A stretch of DNA of 64,000 bases from the IMG/VR virus record IMGVR_UViG_3300028630_000295, one strand, 5' to 3'. Below the pieces are notes generated by a model. The model was given only the letters and a program-made list of their open reading frames with translations, ran no database searches and was not told where the DNA came from. Position numbers and translations under genes: made by a program. Position 1 is the first letter of the stretch, and the number at the start of each line of letters is the position of its first letter. This DNA comes from an uncultured virus (IMG/VR IMGVR_UViG_3300028630_000295) (taxonomy: Duplodnaviria > Heunggongvirae > Uroviricota > Caudoviricetes). This document shows positions 38,519 through 49,240 of the stretch, piece after piece.

Positions 38519-39366
38519 CTTGTCAATATGGTTGTGGTAGAGAAGCTAAATTTCTTCTCGTTTTTAAAACTATAGAAAATAAATGGTGTTGTAGTGAAAA
38601 GTGGAATAGTTGCCCTGCTCAAATAGAAAGACAAAAATATAAGATGTTACAAGCATGGAATAGAGATAGTAAATTATTATCAAAAGATAGAAATATAAAA
38701 ATTAGTGAATCTAAAAGAGATTTATGGAGTAATCCAAATAGTGTATATAATTCAAAAGATTTTAAAGAGAAAAACAGAATAAATACTATAAATTACTTTA
38801 AAAATGAAAGAAATAGAAAAAAATTATCAGAACAAATTTCAAGATTGTGGAAGAATAAAGATTATGTGAGAAAGAGAAATATTTCTCATAAAAAAGCAAT
38901 GTCAAAAAGTAGCGTAAAAGATAAGTTAAAGATAAGAATGATAAATGAATGGAATAACCCAAATAGTATATATAATTCAGAAAATGTTAAAAATAAAATT
39001 AGAAATACAATGATTGAAAAGTTTAAAGATCCAGCATATTTAAAAAAATTTCAGTCTGGACTACATACCAAACCAAATAATTATGAAAAAATTATTATTT
39101 CTATTCTTCCAGAAAGCTATGAATATACTGGAAATTATTCCTTCTGGATTGGAGGAAAGAATCCAGATTTTATAAATAAGAAAGAGATGAAAATAATAGA
39201 ATTTTTTGGATACTATCATCATGAAGAAGTTACAGGAATTAAAAATGAAGATCATGAAAGAGATAGAATTGAACATTTTGAAAAATATGGATATAGATGT
39301 TTAGTTATATGGGAAAAAGATTTATATGATATCACTAAACTTAAAAATATGATTTTGAATTTTTAG
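38515..39366 (+). CDS. Free-standing homing-endonuclease-like protein (Vsr/DUF559-type nuclease domain)
   Basis: Basic repeats WxNPNSxYNS x2; C-terminal NPDF...IIEFFGYYHH...GYRCLVIWE. Confidence 0.7.
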   Translation: MTCQYGCGREAKFLLVFKTIENKWCCSEKWNSCPAQIERQKYKMLQAWNRDSKLLSKDRNIKISESKRDLWSNPNSVYNSKDFKEKNRINTINYFKNERNRKKLSEQISRLWKNKDYVRKRNISHKKAMSKSSVKDKLKIRMINEWNNPNSIYNSENVKNKIRNTMIEKFKDPAYLKKFQSGLHTKPNNYEKIIISILPESYEYTGNYSFWIGGKNPDFINKKEMKIIEFFGYYHHEEVTGIKNEDHERDRIEHFEKYGYRCLVIWEKDLYDITKLKNMILNF

Positions 39367-39371
39367 TATAT

Positions 39372-39602
39372 TTGGAGATAATTATGCCAATTAGTGCAAA
39401 ACTAGAGAATAAAGTAAGTTTTACTTTATTAATTGAAGGTGAAGATGTATTTAGATTTAAAAAATTAATTGAAGCAGGACAATCATGGATTGTTGTTGGA
39501 AAAACAGCAGAAGAAAATCTCAAAAAAGATGGTACTGTTATTGTAAGTGATAATAATGAAATTCTTAGATTGGCTGAAAATATCTTACAGAGGTTTAAAT
39601 AA
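39372..39602 (+). CDS. Hypothetical protein
   Basis: GGAG RBS before MPISAK. Confidence 0.55.
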   Translation: MEIIMPISAKLENKVSFTLLIEGEDVFRFKKLIEAGQSWIVVGKTAEENLKKDGTVIVSDNNEILRLAENILQRFK

Positions 39603-39883
39603 TGCCATATATTTCACCAGAAAGAAGATCAAACATAGAACAAAACCTTATAGAAGCTTTTGAGTATATAGACACAAAGGGCGATCTTTGTTTTGCTATA
39701 TATTGGTTAATGAAAGCTTTTGCTGAGTATCCGGCAGATAAAGATGTTGTTGGTCCAGCAATGACATTTGATAGTGCATCAAATGCTGTATCTGCTTGTG
39801 AGTGTGCTAAATTAGAATTTTATAGAAGAATACTTGGTCCATACGAAGATAAGAAAATTGAAGAGAATGGAGATATTACATGA
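39602..39883 (+). CDS. Conserved phage hypothetical protein
   Basis: MPYI...ECAKLEFYRR..PYEDKKIEENGDI. Confidence 0.7.
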   Translation: MPYISPERRSNIEQNLIEAFEYIDTKGDLCFAIYWLMKAFAEYPADKDVVGPAMTFDSASNAVSACECAKLEFYRRILGPYEDKKIEENGDIT

Positions 39884-40269
39884 TTGAAAAAATGACAGTA
39901 CAAGAGGTCGGTGTAGATGCAGGTTTAATTATCATTTCAGATTTGGATTGGTTTAAAAATAAACCAGGATATAAATTTGAAGATAGACTAAGTTATCTAT
40001 ATGATATTGAACCAGGAGATTATCATGTTGACTGGAAGATTAATGAAACATGGAACGGAAAGGTAAAGGGATCAGGAATCTTAAAAGTTACATCTGGAAA
40101 GATTGTTGTTTCTGATCCATGTTATTTGATTGACCATGAAGCAAATCATTGGGGAGATATCCTTGATGAAACTGATTTCTTTCAAACTGCTCCAGAGGGA
40201 ATGGTTGTTTTAGATAAAATGGGTGGAGATGGTTGTTATGATGTAGATATTAAACTCAAAAAACTATGA
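39880..40269 (+). CDS. Hypothetical protein (DUF4241-like motifs)
   Basis: GVDAG, SGKIVVSDPCY, GGDGCYDV. Confidence 0.6.
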   Translation: MIEKMTVQEVGVDAGLIIISDLDWFKNKPGYKFEDRLSYLYDIEPGDYHVDWKINETWNGKVKGSGILKVTSGKIVVSDPCYLIDHEANHWGDILDETDFFQTAPEGMVVLDKMGGDGCYDVDIKLKKL

Positions 40270-40281
40270 GGATTAATTTCA

Positions 40282-40728
40282 ATGTCTCAAATTGATACAC
40301 CTCACGAGATTAGAATCCAAAACACATTTTATTCATTCCATGATACATATCTATTGAGGGTCTATACGGAGGGAATGGAGAAGTTCAATTATCCCAATTT
40401 AATGATAGTAGTTCCCGACGTATATATTTATTACACATATAAAATTTTATACCAAATATGTGATTGGATTCTAAATCACTACTCGAACGGACCGGAGGAT
40501 CTTGGTAACTATTATGTAAATGTTGGAAAAGATACTGAGTATCCTCCGGTCATGTTCGTAAAAATTAAAAAAGATGGGAAAGATTACTTATTCCTGCAAT
40601 CTAGGCAGGCATTGAATAAAGAAGAATTTGAACAATCTTTAATGACTAAAATTGAATGTGATAGTTTTAAAGAACTTGTTGTAATTAAAGGGGGAAAAAG
40701 TGGACAAGCTGATCCCGGTATTTTATAA
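40282..40728 (+). CDS. Hypothetical protein
   Basis: ORF with GAGG RBS. Confidence 0.55.
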   Translation: MSQIDTPHEIRIQNTFYSFHDTYLLRVYTEGMEKFNYPNLMIVVPDVYIYYTYKILYQICDWILNHYSNGPEDLGNYYVNVGKDTEYPPVMFVKIKKDGKDYLFLQSRQALNKEEFEQSLMTKIECDSFKELVVIKGGKSGQADPGIL

Positions 40729-42025
40729 GAGTTATGGAGAATATGTAAATCATTTTAGAGCATTTCCTCTTGATGTAGATGGACTAAAACCAGTAGAAAG
40801 AAGAATCCTTCTTTCATCTTATGAAATAGCAAGAGATAAATATGTAAAGTCAGCAAGAATTGATGGTCATTGTATTGGTCATTATCATCCACATGGTTCA
40901 TCTTATTCGACCATTGTTCAGTTAGTAAACCAAGGATTTTTAGATGGTCAGGGAAACTTTGGATCCAGTGTTGGAGTTGAAGATAATCCTCCAGCAGCAA
41001 TGAGATATACAGAGTGTAAACTATCTAAAAAGACAACTAGTATGGCGTTTAAGTTATTAGACTATGTTCCTTGGGCAGAGTCGGAATTAGATAAGGAACC
41101 AGAATATTTACCAACCATGTTCCCGTTTTGCATTATTGGTCATGAGTATACAGTTGGTATTGGTTTTGGTTATAGGACTTATATTCCTTGCTATACAGTT
41201 GAAGATTTATATAAAAGACTTTTATATCTTTTAAAGAAAGAAAAACAAAAACCGATAATAAAACCAATTTCAGATTGTGATATTTTAGCAACAGATAAGG
41301 AATTGGAAGAACTTCTAACAACCGGAAAGGCATCTATTAAAGTAAGAGGAAAAGTTAAAGTAGATAACGCACATTGTAAAGTGACTGTAAAATCTTGGCC
41401 ACCAGGAAGAAAGTTTGAGTCTTTTCTTGGAAAGTTTAATAAAGAACTTGAAAGTCAGGATATTGGTTTTACAGATCTTTCTACGTCGGAAACTAATATT
41501 GTATTTGAAGTTTTAAAACAAAGAAGTAGAGATGAAATATTTAAGAAGTTTGTTGAAAAATTAAAGGATTCTTTAACAGGATCAATTTCATTTGAAACCA
41601 TTATTGTTGATATGAATAAAAGAGTTAGAAATATTTCTATAGATGAAATGTTATTGAATACATACCATATGTATGAGCAGACTAATGGTGCAATGCTAAA
41701 GAGTGAGATAGAAAGAGTTGATTCTCTGATTAAAGAAAATCTTATTCTTGAAAAGATAAAACCAGCTTTATCTTCTTATCTGAGACCAAAACAGGTTTTC
41801 AAATTTGATGAAGCAATCACAACTATTTCTGATTTATGTAATCTTGACGAAAAGATCGTAAAGGAGTTATTTCAAAAATATAGAATTTCAAAACTCCTTA
41901 CAACGAATACAGATATAAAAGAGTTAGAGGAAAAGAAAGAGGCAATTAAGAATAATTTAACTAATTTATCTAAATACGTACTGAGTCAATATAAGGAGAT
42001 TGGGTATGTTAAAGAAAATCATTGA
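40700..42025 (+). CDS. Type IIA topoisomerase A subunit lacking the C-terminal pinwheel
   Basis: RAFPLDVDGLKPVERR, KSARI, YHPHG, GQGNFG, AAMRYTE (catalytic Tyr); only 441 aa. Confidence 0.93.
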   Translation: MDKLIPVFYKSYGEYVNHFRAFPLDVDGLKPVERRILLSSYEIARDKYVKSARIDGHCIGHYHPHGSSYSTIVQLVNQGFLDGQGNFGSSVGVEDNPPAAMRYTECKLSKKTTSMAFKLLDYVPWAESELDKEPEYLPTMFPFCIIGHEYTVGIGFGYRTYIPCYTVEDLYKRLLYLLKKEKQKPIIKPISDCDILATDKELEELLTTGKASIKVRGKVKVDNAHCKVTVKSWPPGRKFESFLGKFNKELESQDIGFTDLSTSETNIVFEVLKQRSRDEIFKKFVEKLKDSLTGSISFETIIVDMNKRVRNISIDEMLLNTYHMYEQTNGAMLKSEIERVDSLIKENLILEKIKPALSSYLRPKQVFKFDEAITTISDLCNLDEKIVKELFQKYRISKLLTTNTDIKELEEKKEAIKNNLTNLSKYVLSQYKEIGYVKENH

Positions 42026-43932
42026 TTTATTTAAAACGAAAAGAGAAGAGATGGAACCAGATGTTAAAAGGGAAGTGAATAGATTAGAAGATAATCTTTC
42101 AATTGCAGCTGAATGGATGCAGAGATCAGTAACAAAATCTAACGAAGTTAAAGAACATGATGAATGTTCTGAGTTCTGTTCTTCTTGTGATGGTACTGGT
42201 TACTTAAAAAAAGATATAAGATTGTTGTATTTATGTAAAGCCTGTTTTGGTGCTGGAAGTATATATTGGATAGATAGATGCTTGACAGCATCAAGAGTTT
42301 CAGAGTATGAAATGAAAATGCATACTCAAAACTGCAAGAATATTCATACTCTTATATATGAACTCAAACATGAAGCTATGAAAATAGGAGCAGTTGCTTT
42401 AGTTGAAATAAAACCTATGGAACCACCAAATACTGAAGAAATAGTAAGAAAACTCTCAGGCTTAAACTTGTTTGGAGGAATCCGTAAAGATGGGACCGAA
42501 TGAAGTTGGATATTTAGAACCAAGAAAATGTCACACCTGTAATGGGCATGGGAAATACAATAAGTATATTCCCATGCCAGGTGGTACTCTACAAAAAGTA
42601 GAAGTAGAATGTATGATGTGTGAAGGAAAAGGATTCGTAGATATGATAGATGAAATAAATACTGACTCTAAAACTAGGGTGTAAAATGGGAAATTTTGTA
42701 TGTCCATTATGTCATGGTTGTAAAACGATAGTTATTAAAATAAATCCTTGTGATGCCCCTAATATTATTAAAAATTGTCATTTATATTGTTGTCTATGTG
42801 GAGGGGCAGGTTACTATCATAAAGAGATACTATGTACTGCATGTGGAGGAAAAGGATATAGAGATTGGGTTGATGTTATAAGAAGACCCTATTTGGGAGA
42901 TTATAATGCTACCAATAAAAATTTGTTGTAAATGTGTTGGATCTGGTTTTGATCTTGAGTATCTAGTTGAATCAAAGACAATGAGTTTTGTTGATTGTAA
43001 ACACTGTAAAGGTACAGGATATAGATTCTGGATAGATGATATTTTAAGACCAACAGGAAATAAAAATGGAACAGAAAAAGGAAACTCCTTGGCAATGGAC
43101 TGAGCTAGAAAATAAAATTAGAGATGAAGGATTTGTTCCGTGTCCTGTATGCCACGGAACAAAACAAGACGTACTTACAGGTAGAAAAGTTTGTGAAGAT
43201 TGTGGAGGAACGAAAAAAGTAGCAAGATATAATAATAGTGTGTTTATTCCATGTAATCGGTGTGATAAAGATGGAACACATTTTTATGCTAAGTGGATAA
43301 CGTGCGAATATTGTAAAGGAACTGGATTAAGAACATGGGTGGACACAATGATACGACCCGTACCTGTTCAGTATGCAGAGGACAAGGAGTATTAAGAGCT
43401 CTACACTCTAAAAGAGAATGTTTAATATGTGACAATAAATATGAATCTGTAACATTGAATAATCAGAAGTTCTTTTATACTTCTAGTACCTCAATGTGTA
43501 ATCTTTGTCAATCAGTATGTGTAATAGATTCAATGGAGAGTGTGGTTGTTTCATGCCCTCATTGTTTGGGAACAGGAACAAGAACATGGATAGATAAAAT
43601 TGTTAGACCATATAATAAATCTAGATTAGAAAATGAATTATTTAGAATAATAGTAAGAACAGACGAGGGATTCCGTGAAGGATATGAATTGGATTAAATG
43701 TTCTGTATGTGGAGGTCTTGGTATACACAGAGAAGAAAACAATATAGAATGTGTATATTGTGGTAGTCTTGGTTGTAAATGGGATAGTAAAAAAGGAAAA
43801 ATTATAACATGTGAAGATTGCAAAGGAGATGGTTATGTAACGGGAATTATTCATAACTATTGTAGGTTTTGTAAAGGTGAAGGAAAAAGATACTGGACAG
43901 ATGTTATAATGAGACCAATTCTGGGAAGGTAA
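42000..43932 (+). CDS. Tandem cluster of seven small zinc-finger genes (42000-42503, 42472-42684, 42686-42931, 42906-43103, 43066-43395, 43335-43697, 43675-43932)
   Basis: Each has CxxCxGxG repeats, mostly ending CxxCxGxGxxxW(I/V/T)Dx(I/V)xRP. Confidence 0.8.
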
Positions 43933-43934
43933 AT

Positions 43935-44294
43935 ATGTTAAAACAAAACTTATGGGTACAAGTAGTTACAAAAATAAATGCACTAGAAAGAGAATTTCCA
44001 AACGATAGATTTATACATGTATACAGACAATGGATAACAAGAGAATTTAAAGATGTTTGGACATCTACAATTGACATGTATATATTACTCCTTTCTAGGG
44101 CAGGATACTTGAGAAAAATAACACCTGGCCATTATTCAAGAGTAAAAAAAATTCCTTTAGATATTCCAATGAAAAAATTTTATAAAAATTATCAAGGAAA
44201 AATGTTATGGACTGAACAGGTTTTAACATTTTATAACTTGTACCAAGAAGAGGTGGTAGATGACGATTCCACACGGAGAACCAATTGTGGATGA
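43935..44294 (+). CDS. Hypothetical protein (possible winged helix)
   Basis: STIDMYILLLSRAGYLRKITPGHY. Confidence 0.5.
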   Translation: MLKQNLWVQVVTKINALEREFPNDRFIHVYRQWITREFKDVWTSTIDMYILLLSRAGYLRKITPGHYSRVKKIPLDIPMKKFYKNYQGKMLWTEQVLTFYNLYQEEVVDDDSTRRTNCG

Positions 44295-44484
44295 TGACTA
44301 TCCACAACCATTTAAGTGGAAAGAATTTAATATGGAAACAGCTATAAGACATAGGAATTGTAACTATTGTGGAAATATAATTCCACCAGGTGAGAAATGT
44401 CTTAGATTTCGATATGGAAGTTCATATTATAAAATAACTGCAAATCTTTGTAGAAACTGTATGTCTAGAATGTTATATGAATAA
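44260..44484 (+). CDS. Small zinc-ribbon protein
   Basis: CNYCGNIIPPGE...LCRNC; GAGGTGG RBS. Confidence 0.65.
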   Translation: MTIPHGEPIVDDDYPQPFKWKEFNMETAIRHRNCNYCGNIIPPGEKCLRFRYGSSYYKITANLCRNCMSRMLYE

Positions 44485-44749
44485 AATTATTAAACAATGG
44501 GTATGTGTAGAATGTCATGGAGATGGGACAGAATATAGAATTATAGATTCAGTTTGTTTTTTCTGCCGTGGTACAGGATTTGTAACAATGTCTACTACAT
44601 CAGTTTGTGATGTATGTAAAGGAAAGGGTATAGTCCCACTACATACATTTGGACCATGTAGTTATTGTAGTGGGAAAGGATATAGAGATTGGGTAGATTA
44701 TATTAAAAGACCAAGTAAAAAAGAAAAGGAGCTGCCATGTTTCGTATAA
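44477..44749 (+). CDS. Zinc-finger family member
   Basis: Four CxxCxGxG; ends CSYCSGKGYRDWVDYIKRP. Confidence 0.8.
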   Translation: MNKIIKQWVCVECHGDGTEYRIIDSVCFFCRGTGFVTMSTTSVCDVCKGKGIVPLHTFGPCSYCSGKGYRDWVDYIKRPSKKEKELPCFV

Positions 44750-45180
44750 AGAAATCTTTTAGTGTTCCAGTAGGACACAGATTGAGTAAACATGATGGTA
44801 GATGTAAAAATATTCATGGGCATAATATGAAAATTGAAGTCCAAGTTTCATGTCATGGACTAGATAACAATGATATGGTAATGGACTTTTCTCTTTTAGG
44901 TTATATTGTTAATAGTTTATTAGATCAGTATGACCATGCAACATTGTTAAATTCTAATGATAAAAAATATATAGATTTCTTGAAAAACTGTGAAGATAGG
45001 AGAATTGTTTTAATTGATAATGCTGATCCAACAGCTGAAGTTTTATCATGGTATTTTTATCAGAGTATCTCTAATCAACTTAAAGCTCGTAATCAGTATT
45101 TAAAATTAGATTATGTAGCTATTTGGGAATCAGATGATGCAGTAGCTATCTATGACGGATGTGAAAAGGATGTAAAATGA
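44737..45180 (+). CDS. queD: 6-carboxy-5,6,7,8-tetrahydropterin synthase
   Basis: GHRL...CKNIHGHN, VMDF, YDHATL, PTAE, IWES. Confidence 0.9.
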   Translation: MFRIKKSFSVPVGHRLSKHDGRCKNIHGHNMKIEVQVSCHGLDNNDMVMDFSLLGYIVNSLLDQYDHATLLNSNDKKYIDFLKNCEDRRIVLIDNADPTAEVLSWYFYQSISNQLKARNQYLKLDYVAIWESDDAVAIYDGCEKDVK

Positions 45181-46607
45181 TTCTTAAAAGAACCTCAGGA
45201 ATTTGCATTCCAAGAGATTTAGAAAATGAAGTTTTCTATACAAATATTAAAGATAATTTGACTAGAAAATTTTATAACTATGGGGATTCTACAATCTTTT
45301 GGCATAACTTTTATGTAGAAGATAGTAAGATCTTTAAGATTCCTAGGTTCTTTCCAATTTGGGATTATACATCTTGTAAAATTGAAAATAGTTTTGGACC
45401 TGGAGAAGATATAAAAATAAACCATAATATTAAATTGCGCGATGATCTTCAAAAAAATATTGTGGAATATTTATTAGAAAACAACCGTGGAATTATTCAA
45501 GCTTCTCCAGGTTCTGGGAAAACAGTAACCGGCGTATTTGCTGTAGCTGAAAGAAAGAAGAAATCATTTATATTAGTTCATAGAGATAGTTTAGCAGACC
45601 AATGGAAGGGACCAGGAACTAAAGATAAAAAGCAAGGATTTCTTGCCTTTACAGACTTGAAAGATAATGAAGTTGTAAGATTAACATCAACTAATTTTGA
45701 AGATGCTTTAACTAAACCAGTTATTATATGCACAGATCAGACTTTTATATCTCTTCTAAAAAGACATAGAGCAAGATTTCTTATTTCTCTTAATAAAGCA
45801 AATATTGGGATATTTATTGCTGATGAAGTTCATACGACAGTGGGTGCTCCAACATTTGCAGAATGTTCAATTCATATTCCATCTCCAATCTCATTCGGTT
45901 TTAGTGCTACACCATATAGATATGATGGAAATGGGGATGTAATTGAATATCATTTAGGAGAGGTATTTGAACCAGAGGGAACAGCAACTGTAATGGATGC
46001 AAGAGTTACAGTTATGTTATTTGATTATGGTATTACAAAGAAAAGTTTTTTCTATGTCTACTGGGCAGGAAGATTTCAGAGGGCTAGATATTTCAATTTA
46101 TTAAGAAAATCTGAAATGTTGACAGTTGTCTCAAAATCTTTACTAACCAAGTTTCTAAAAGATGATAGAGATATAGTATATGTAACAGAGAGATTGAATC
46201 ATATAGATATGCTTCATAAATGGGCACCTACAGATAATAAAACCACGTTTATTTCTGGAGATAAAATTGATGTTCTTGATTGTCAACTAGTATTTTCAAC
46301 TCCAGGAAAAATGCGAGATGGGGTGGATATTCCACAAAAAGATTGTTTGATAATGTCAACACCAATTAGTAATATAGAGCAAATGTGTGGGAGAATCGTG
46401 AGAATTTCTAGAAATAAAGAGGAACCAATTATTATTGATATGGTTGATATTGGTGAGAAGGAAATATACAAAACTCTATTTTCTAGAGTTAAATATTATG
46501 AAAAGAAAAAGTGGAAAGTTAAGTATGTTCTTTTAACTAGTGATGGAACATTTAGGGAAATATCAAAAGATAATGCTATGGAAATAATTAGTGAAAAAAA
46601 TGAATAG
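45177..46607 (+). CDS. Superfamily 2 helicase (UvsW-like)
   Basis: SPGSGKT, ADEVH, FSATP, DGVDIP, EQMCGRIVR. Confidence 0.9.
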   Translation: MILKRTSGICIPRDLENEVFYTNIKDNLTRKFYNYGDSTIFWHNFYVEDSKIFKIPRFFPIWDYTSCKIENSFGPGEDIKINHNIKLRDDLQKNIVEYLLENNRGIIQASPGSGKTVTGVFAVAERKKKSFILVHRDSLADQWKGPGTKDKKQGFLAFTDLKDNEVVRLTSTNFEDALTKPVIICTDQTFISLLKRHRARFLISLNKANIGIFIADEVHTTVGAPTFAECSIHIPSPISFGFSATPYRYDGNGDVIEYHLGEVFEPEGTATVMDARVTVMLFDYGITKKSFFYVYWAGRFQRARYFNLLRKSEMLTVVSKSLLTKFLKDDRDIVYVTERLNHIDMLHKWAPTDNKTTFISGDKIDVLDCQLVFSTPGKMRDGVDIPQKDCLIMSTPISNIEQMCGRIVRISRNKEEPIIIDMVDIGEKEIYKTLFSRVKYYEKKKWKVKYVLLTSDGTFREISKDNAMEIISEKNE

Positions 46608-46617
46608 GAGAATTAAA

Positions 46618-47025
46618 ATGAAAATTAAAGAAAGTTTCGTTACTAATAGTAGTTCGACATCTTATATTATTTATCTTCCTGAATCCATTGATCCAATTGA
46701 TATGATTAAAGATAAAGATCCAAATATACTTGCTTGGATAGAAGATCAAGATTTAAATGTTTTGAAAAGGATGTTTGAAAAAGCAAGAAAAGATTCTGAG
46801 ACAAGTTTAAATTGTTATGATATGGATATGTTTATTGACGAAGATGAGGAAGGTATTGATACTAGAGAATTAGTAGATATATTTTATAACATTGTTGATA
46901 AACTTGGTCTTATTGTTGGTGGTATTGATATGGGACCAGATCAAGGACCAATTTACTATAATATAGCAAGTAAGGAAATAAGTAAAAAAATTGCAAAGAT
47001 AAAATCAGATGTTGGTGATATTTAA
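46618..47025 (+). CDS. FVTNSSS-leader family protein 3
   Basis: Start ATG 46618 after AGGAG; MKIKESFVTNSSSTSY. Confidence 0.75.
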   Translation: MKIKESFVTNSSSTSYIIYLPESIDPIDMIKDKDPNILAWIEDQDLNVLKRMFEKARKDSETSLNCYDMDMFIDEDEEGIDTRELVDIFYNIVDKLGLIVGGIDMGPDQGPIYYNIASKEISKKIAKIKSDVGDI

Positions 47026-47405
47026 TGATTAATAAATCTAAATGGAACCTTCTGACTCATAAAAGTAGAGAATTTTTTAGAACACGATTCTGTCATGTAA
47101 CTCCTGCAACAATGAAGTGTCCTGTATGCTGGCAGGATACATCTATATATTTGGTTAAAAAATTTAACCAATCTAAATTCAACTTTAGGTGTTATGACTG
47201 TAATTTCACTTTTTTAGTTGTTATAGAACCATATCAAATGTTATGCGAAACTTGCCGTGGTTCTGGAAGAGTATGGAAAATAAACAATACTCCAAATCGT
47301 GTTAATATTCCTACATGGGAAACTAAAATTTGTGATATATGTAAAGGAAGAGGAAGATTGGATTGGTGTTCAAGAGTAACTAGGGCAAAGGGGATGATTA
47401 AATGA
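47025..47405 (+). CDS. Zinc-finger family member
   Basis: CPVC, CYDC, CETCRGSG, CDICKGRGRLDW. Confidence 0.75.
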   Translation: MINKSKWNLLTHKSREFFRTRFCHVTPATMKCPVCWQDTSIYLVKKFNQSKFNFRCYDCNFTFLVVIEPYQMLCETCRGSGRVWKINNTPNRVNIPTWETKICDICKGRGRLDWCSRVTRAKGMIK

Positions 47406-48430
47406 AATTTGCTTACACAGCAGATTGGCATCTTTCGGGATATACTCAAGATAAGATTATTAACGGACTTCCTGAAAGATTGTATGAGAAGAAGGTTGTG
47501 CAAGAGAATATAGGAAATTATTGTAGACTTAACGAGATCAAAACAATAATAATTGGAGGGGATCTGCTGCATAACAAGTCTATAATTTATTCTCTTGCAC
47601 AATCTATTCTATTAGACTTTTTTAGAGAATATAAAGATTTGAATTTCATTGTACTTGATGGAAACCATGATTTATCTGGAAAGGGAAGCGATGTAGTTTC
47701 TGCATTGAAATCATTAGATAATGAACCGAATGTAAGAAGAGTTTCTAAGCCAACAAGAATTACTGATGATTCTGGTTTAGATATATTAATTGTTCCTTAC
47801 TCAGATAATATGATTGATGCCATTAAAAAATCTTCAGCAAAGTATCTTATTTCTCATTTTGGATTAAATGAAGGAACTCTCAATTCTGGCGTCAGTATTA
47901 TTTCTGACATTGGTTTAAAAGATCTTGTTGGAAAATACCAATACGTTCTTCTTGGTCATTATCATAAACCACAGGAAATTACCAAAGATAATATTTCTGT
48001 GTATTATTCTGGATCAATAACACAAAATGACTGGGGAGAAAAAGGTGAAGAAAAAAGATTTCTTATTGTTGATACTGATACAGATACTATAGAATCTGTT
48101 CCAACAAAGGGATATAAAAAATACTTTGATCTTCAAATAACAGAAGAAAATAAAACAGAAGTTATCAAGAAAGCTAGGGAGCTGAAAGAAGAAGGTCACA
48201 ATGTAAAAATTACTAGAAAAGAAGCAGTAGATATAGATGATATCAATAAAGAGTTTATGGTGGTTGACAAAGTTGAAAAAGATATTACAAACAGGGGATT
48301 AAGTTCAACTATGTCAATGAGAGATAAACTCATGAGATATCTGGAAGTTAACGAAATTCCTGAAGATAAAAGAGATATTTACTTACAAGAAGCATTAGAT
48401 ATAGTTAACTCTGTAGCCGAGAGGAAATAA
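47402..48430 (+). CDS. Mre11/SbcD (gp47-like) nuclease
   Basis: ADWH, GGDLLH, GNHD, SHF, LGHYH, YSGS. Confidence 0.92.
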   Translation: MKFAYTADWHLSGYTQDKIINGLPERLYEKKVVQENIGNYCRLNEIKTIIIGGDLLHNKSIIYSLAQSILLDFFREYKDLNFIVLDGNHDLSGKGSDVVSALKSLDNEPNVRRVSKPTRITDDSGLDILIVPYSDNMIDAIKKSSAKYLISHFGLNEGTLNSGVSIISDIGLKDLVGKYQYVLLGHYHKPQEITKDNISVYYSGSITQNDWGEKGEEKRFLIVDTDTDTIESVPTKGYKKYFDLQITEENKTEVIKKARELKEEGHNVKITRKEAVDIDDINKEFMVVDKVEKDITNRGLSSTMSMRDKLMRYLEVNEIPEDKRDIYLQEALDIVNSVAERK

Positions 48431-48432
48431 TT

Positions 48433-49228
48433 ATGAGATGTATTTTAAAATGTATAGTAACTAGAAATGATGAACATGTTAAAACTATTTATGTAAATAG
48501 ATACTATATTAAAAAAAATTTAGCAAGATCAAAAAATAATAAGAAAATAACTAAAGAAATAGTTGAAAAATCCAAAGGTAAAGTTTCAATATGCAGATCT
48601 TGCGATGGTTGTGGATTTTTTAGAGAATATATTGTTGATATAAAATGTCAAAATTGTTCTGGATCAGGTTATGTTGATTGGATTAAACGAATTATTCCCA
48701 AAGGATAGTTATAAATGGAACATTCAGATTATTATATAAGTTTTAATAAAGAAGCTGCTATAAGATCTAAGCGTATAGCAGAATCTGTTGTTAAAGAATG
48801 GGAGGGAAAATTTTTAATCTGTCCAAAGTGTGATGGAACTAGTTTTACAGAAGACCACAAATATCTATGCAAATATTGTGATGCAAAGGGTTATGTAGAC
48901 TGGATTCAAAGTATTATGTTGCGCGAGCTAAGAAAATATAGGACTACATAAGAAAATGGAAAACTACAATATTGGTGGTTGGTTCAACAGAGTATATTAT
49001 AGCTGGCATGACGGACTTATTTGGCCAACTGTATATACAATAAAACAAAATAAATGGAAATCTAAAAGAAGAAGAGAAGAAAATCTAAAAATCATTGAAA
49101 AAGTAAATGGTTCTGTACAATTGTGTCCAAAATGTGATGGATACGGATTTCCAAATCATTTATTTTATGATTGTTGTATATATTGTAATGGTAAAGGATT
49201 GGTAGATTGGATCTCCAAAATAAGATAA
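48433..49228 (+). CDS. Three zinc-finger family genes (48433-48708, 48715-48951, 48956-49228)
   Basis: Each ends CxxCDG...CxxCxxxGx(V)DWI. Confidence 0.75.
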
Positions 49229-49240
49229 GGAGAAAGCAAA

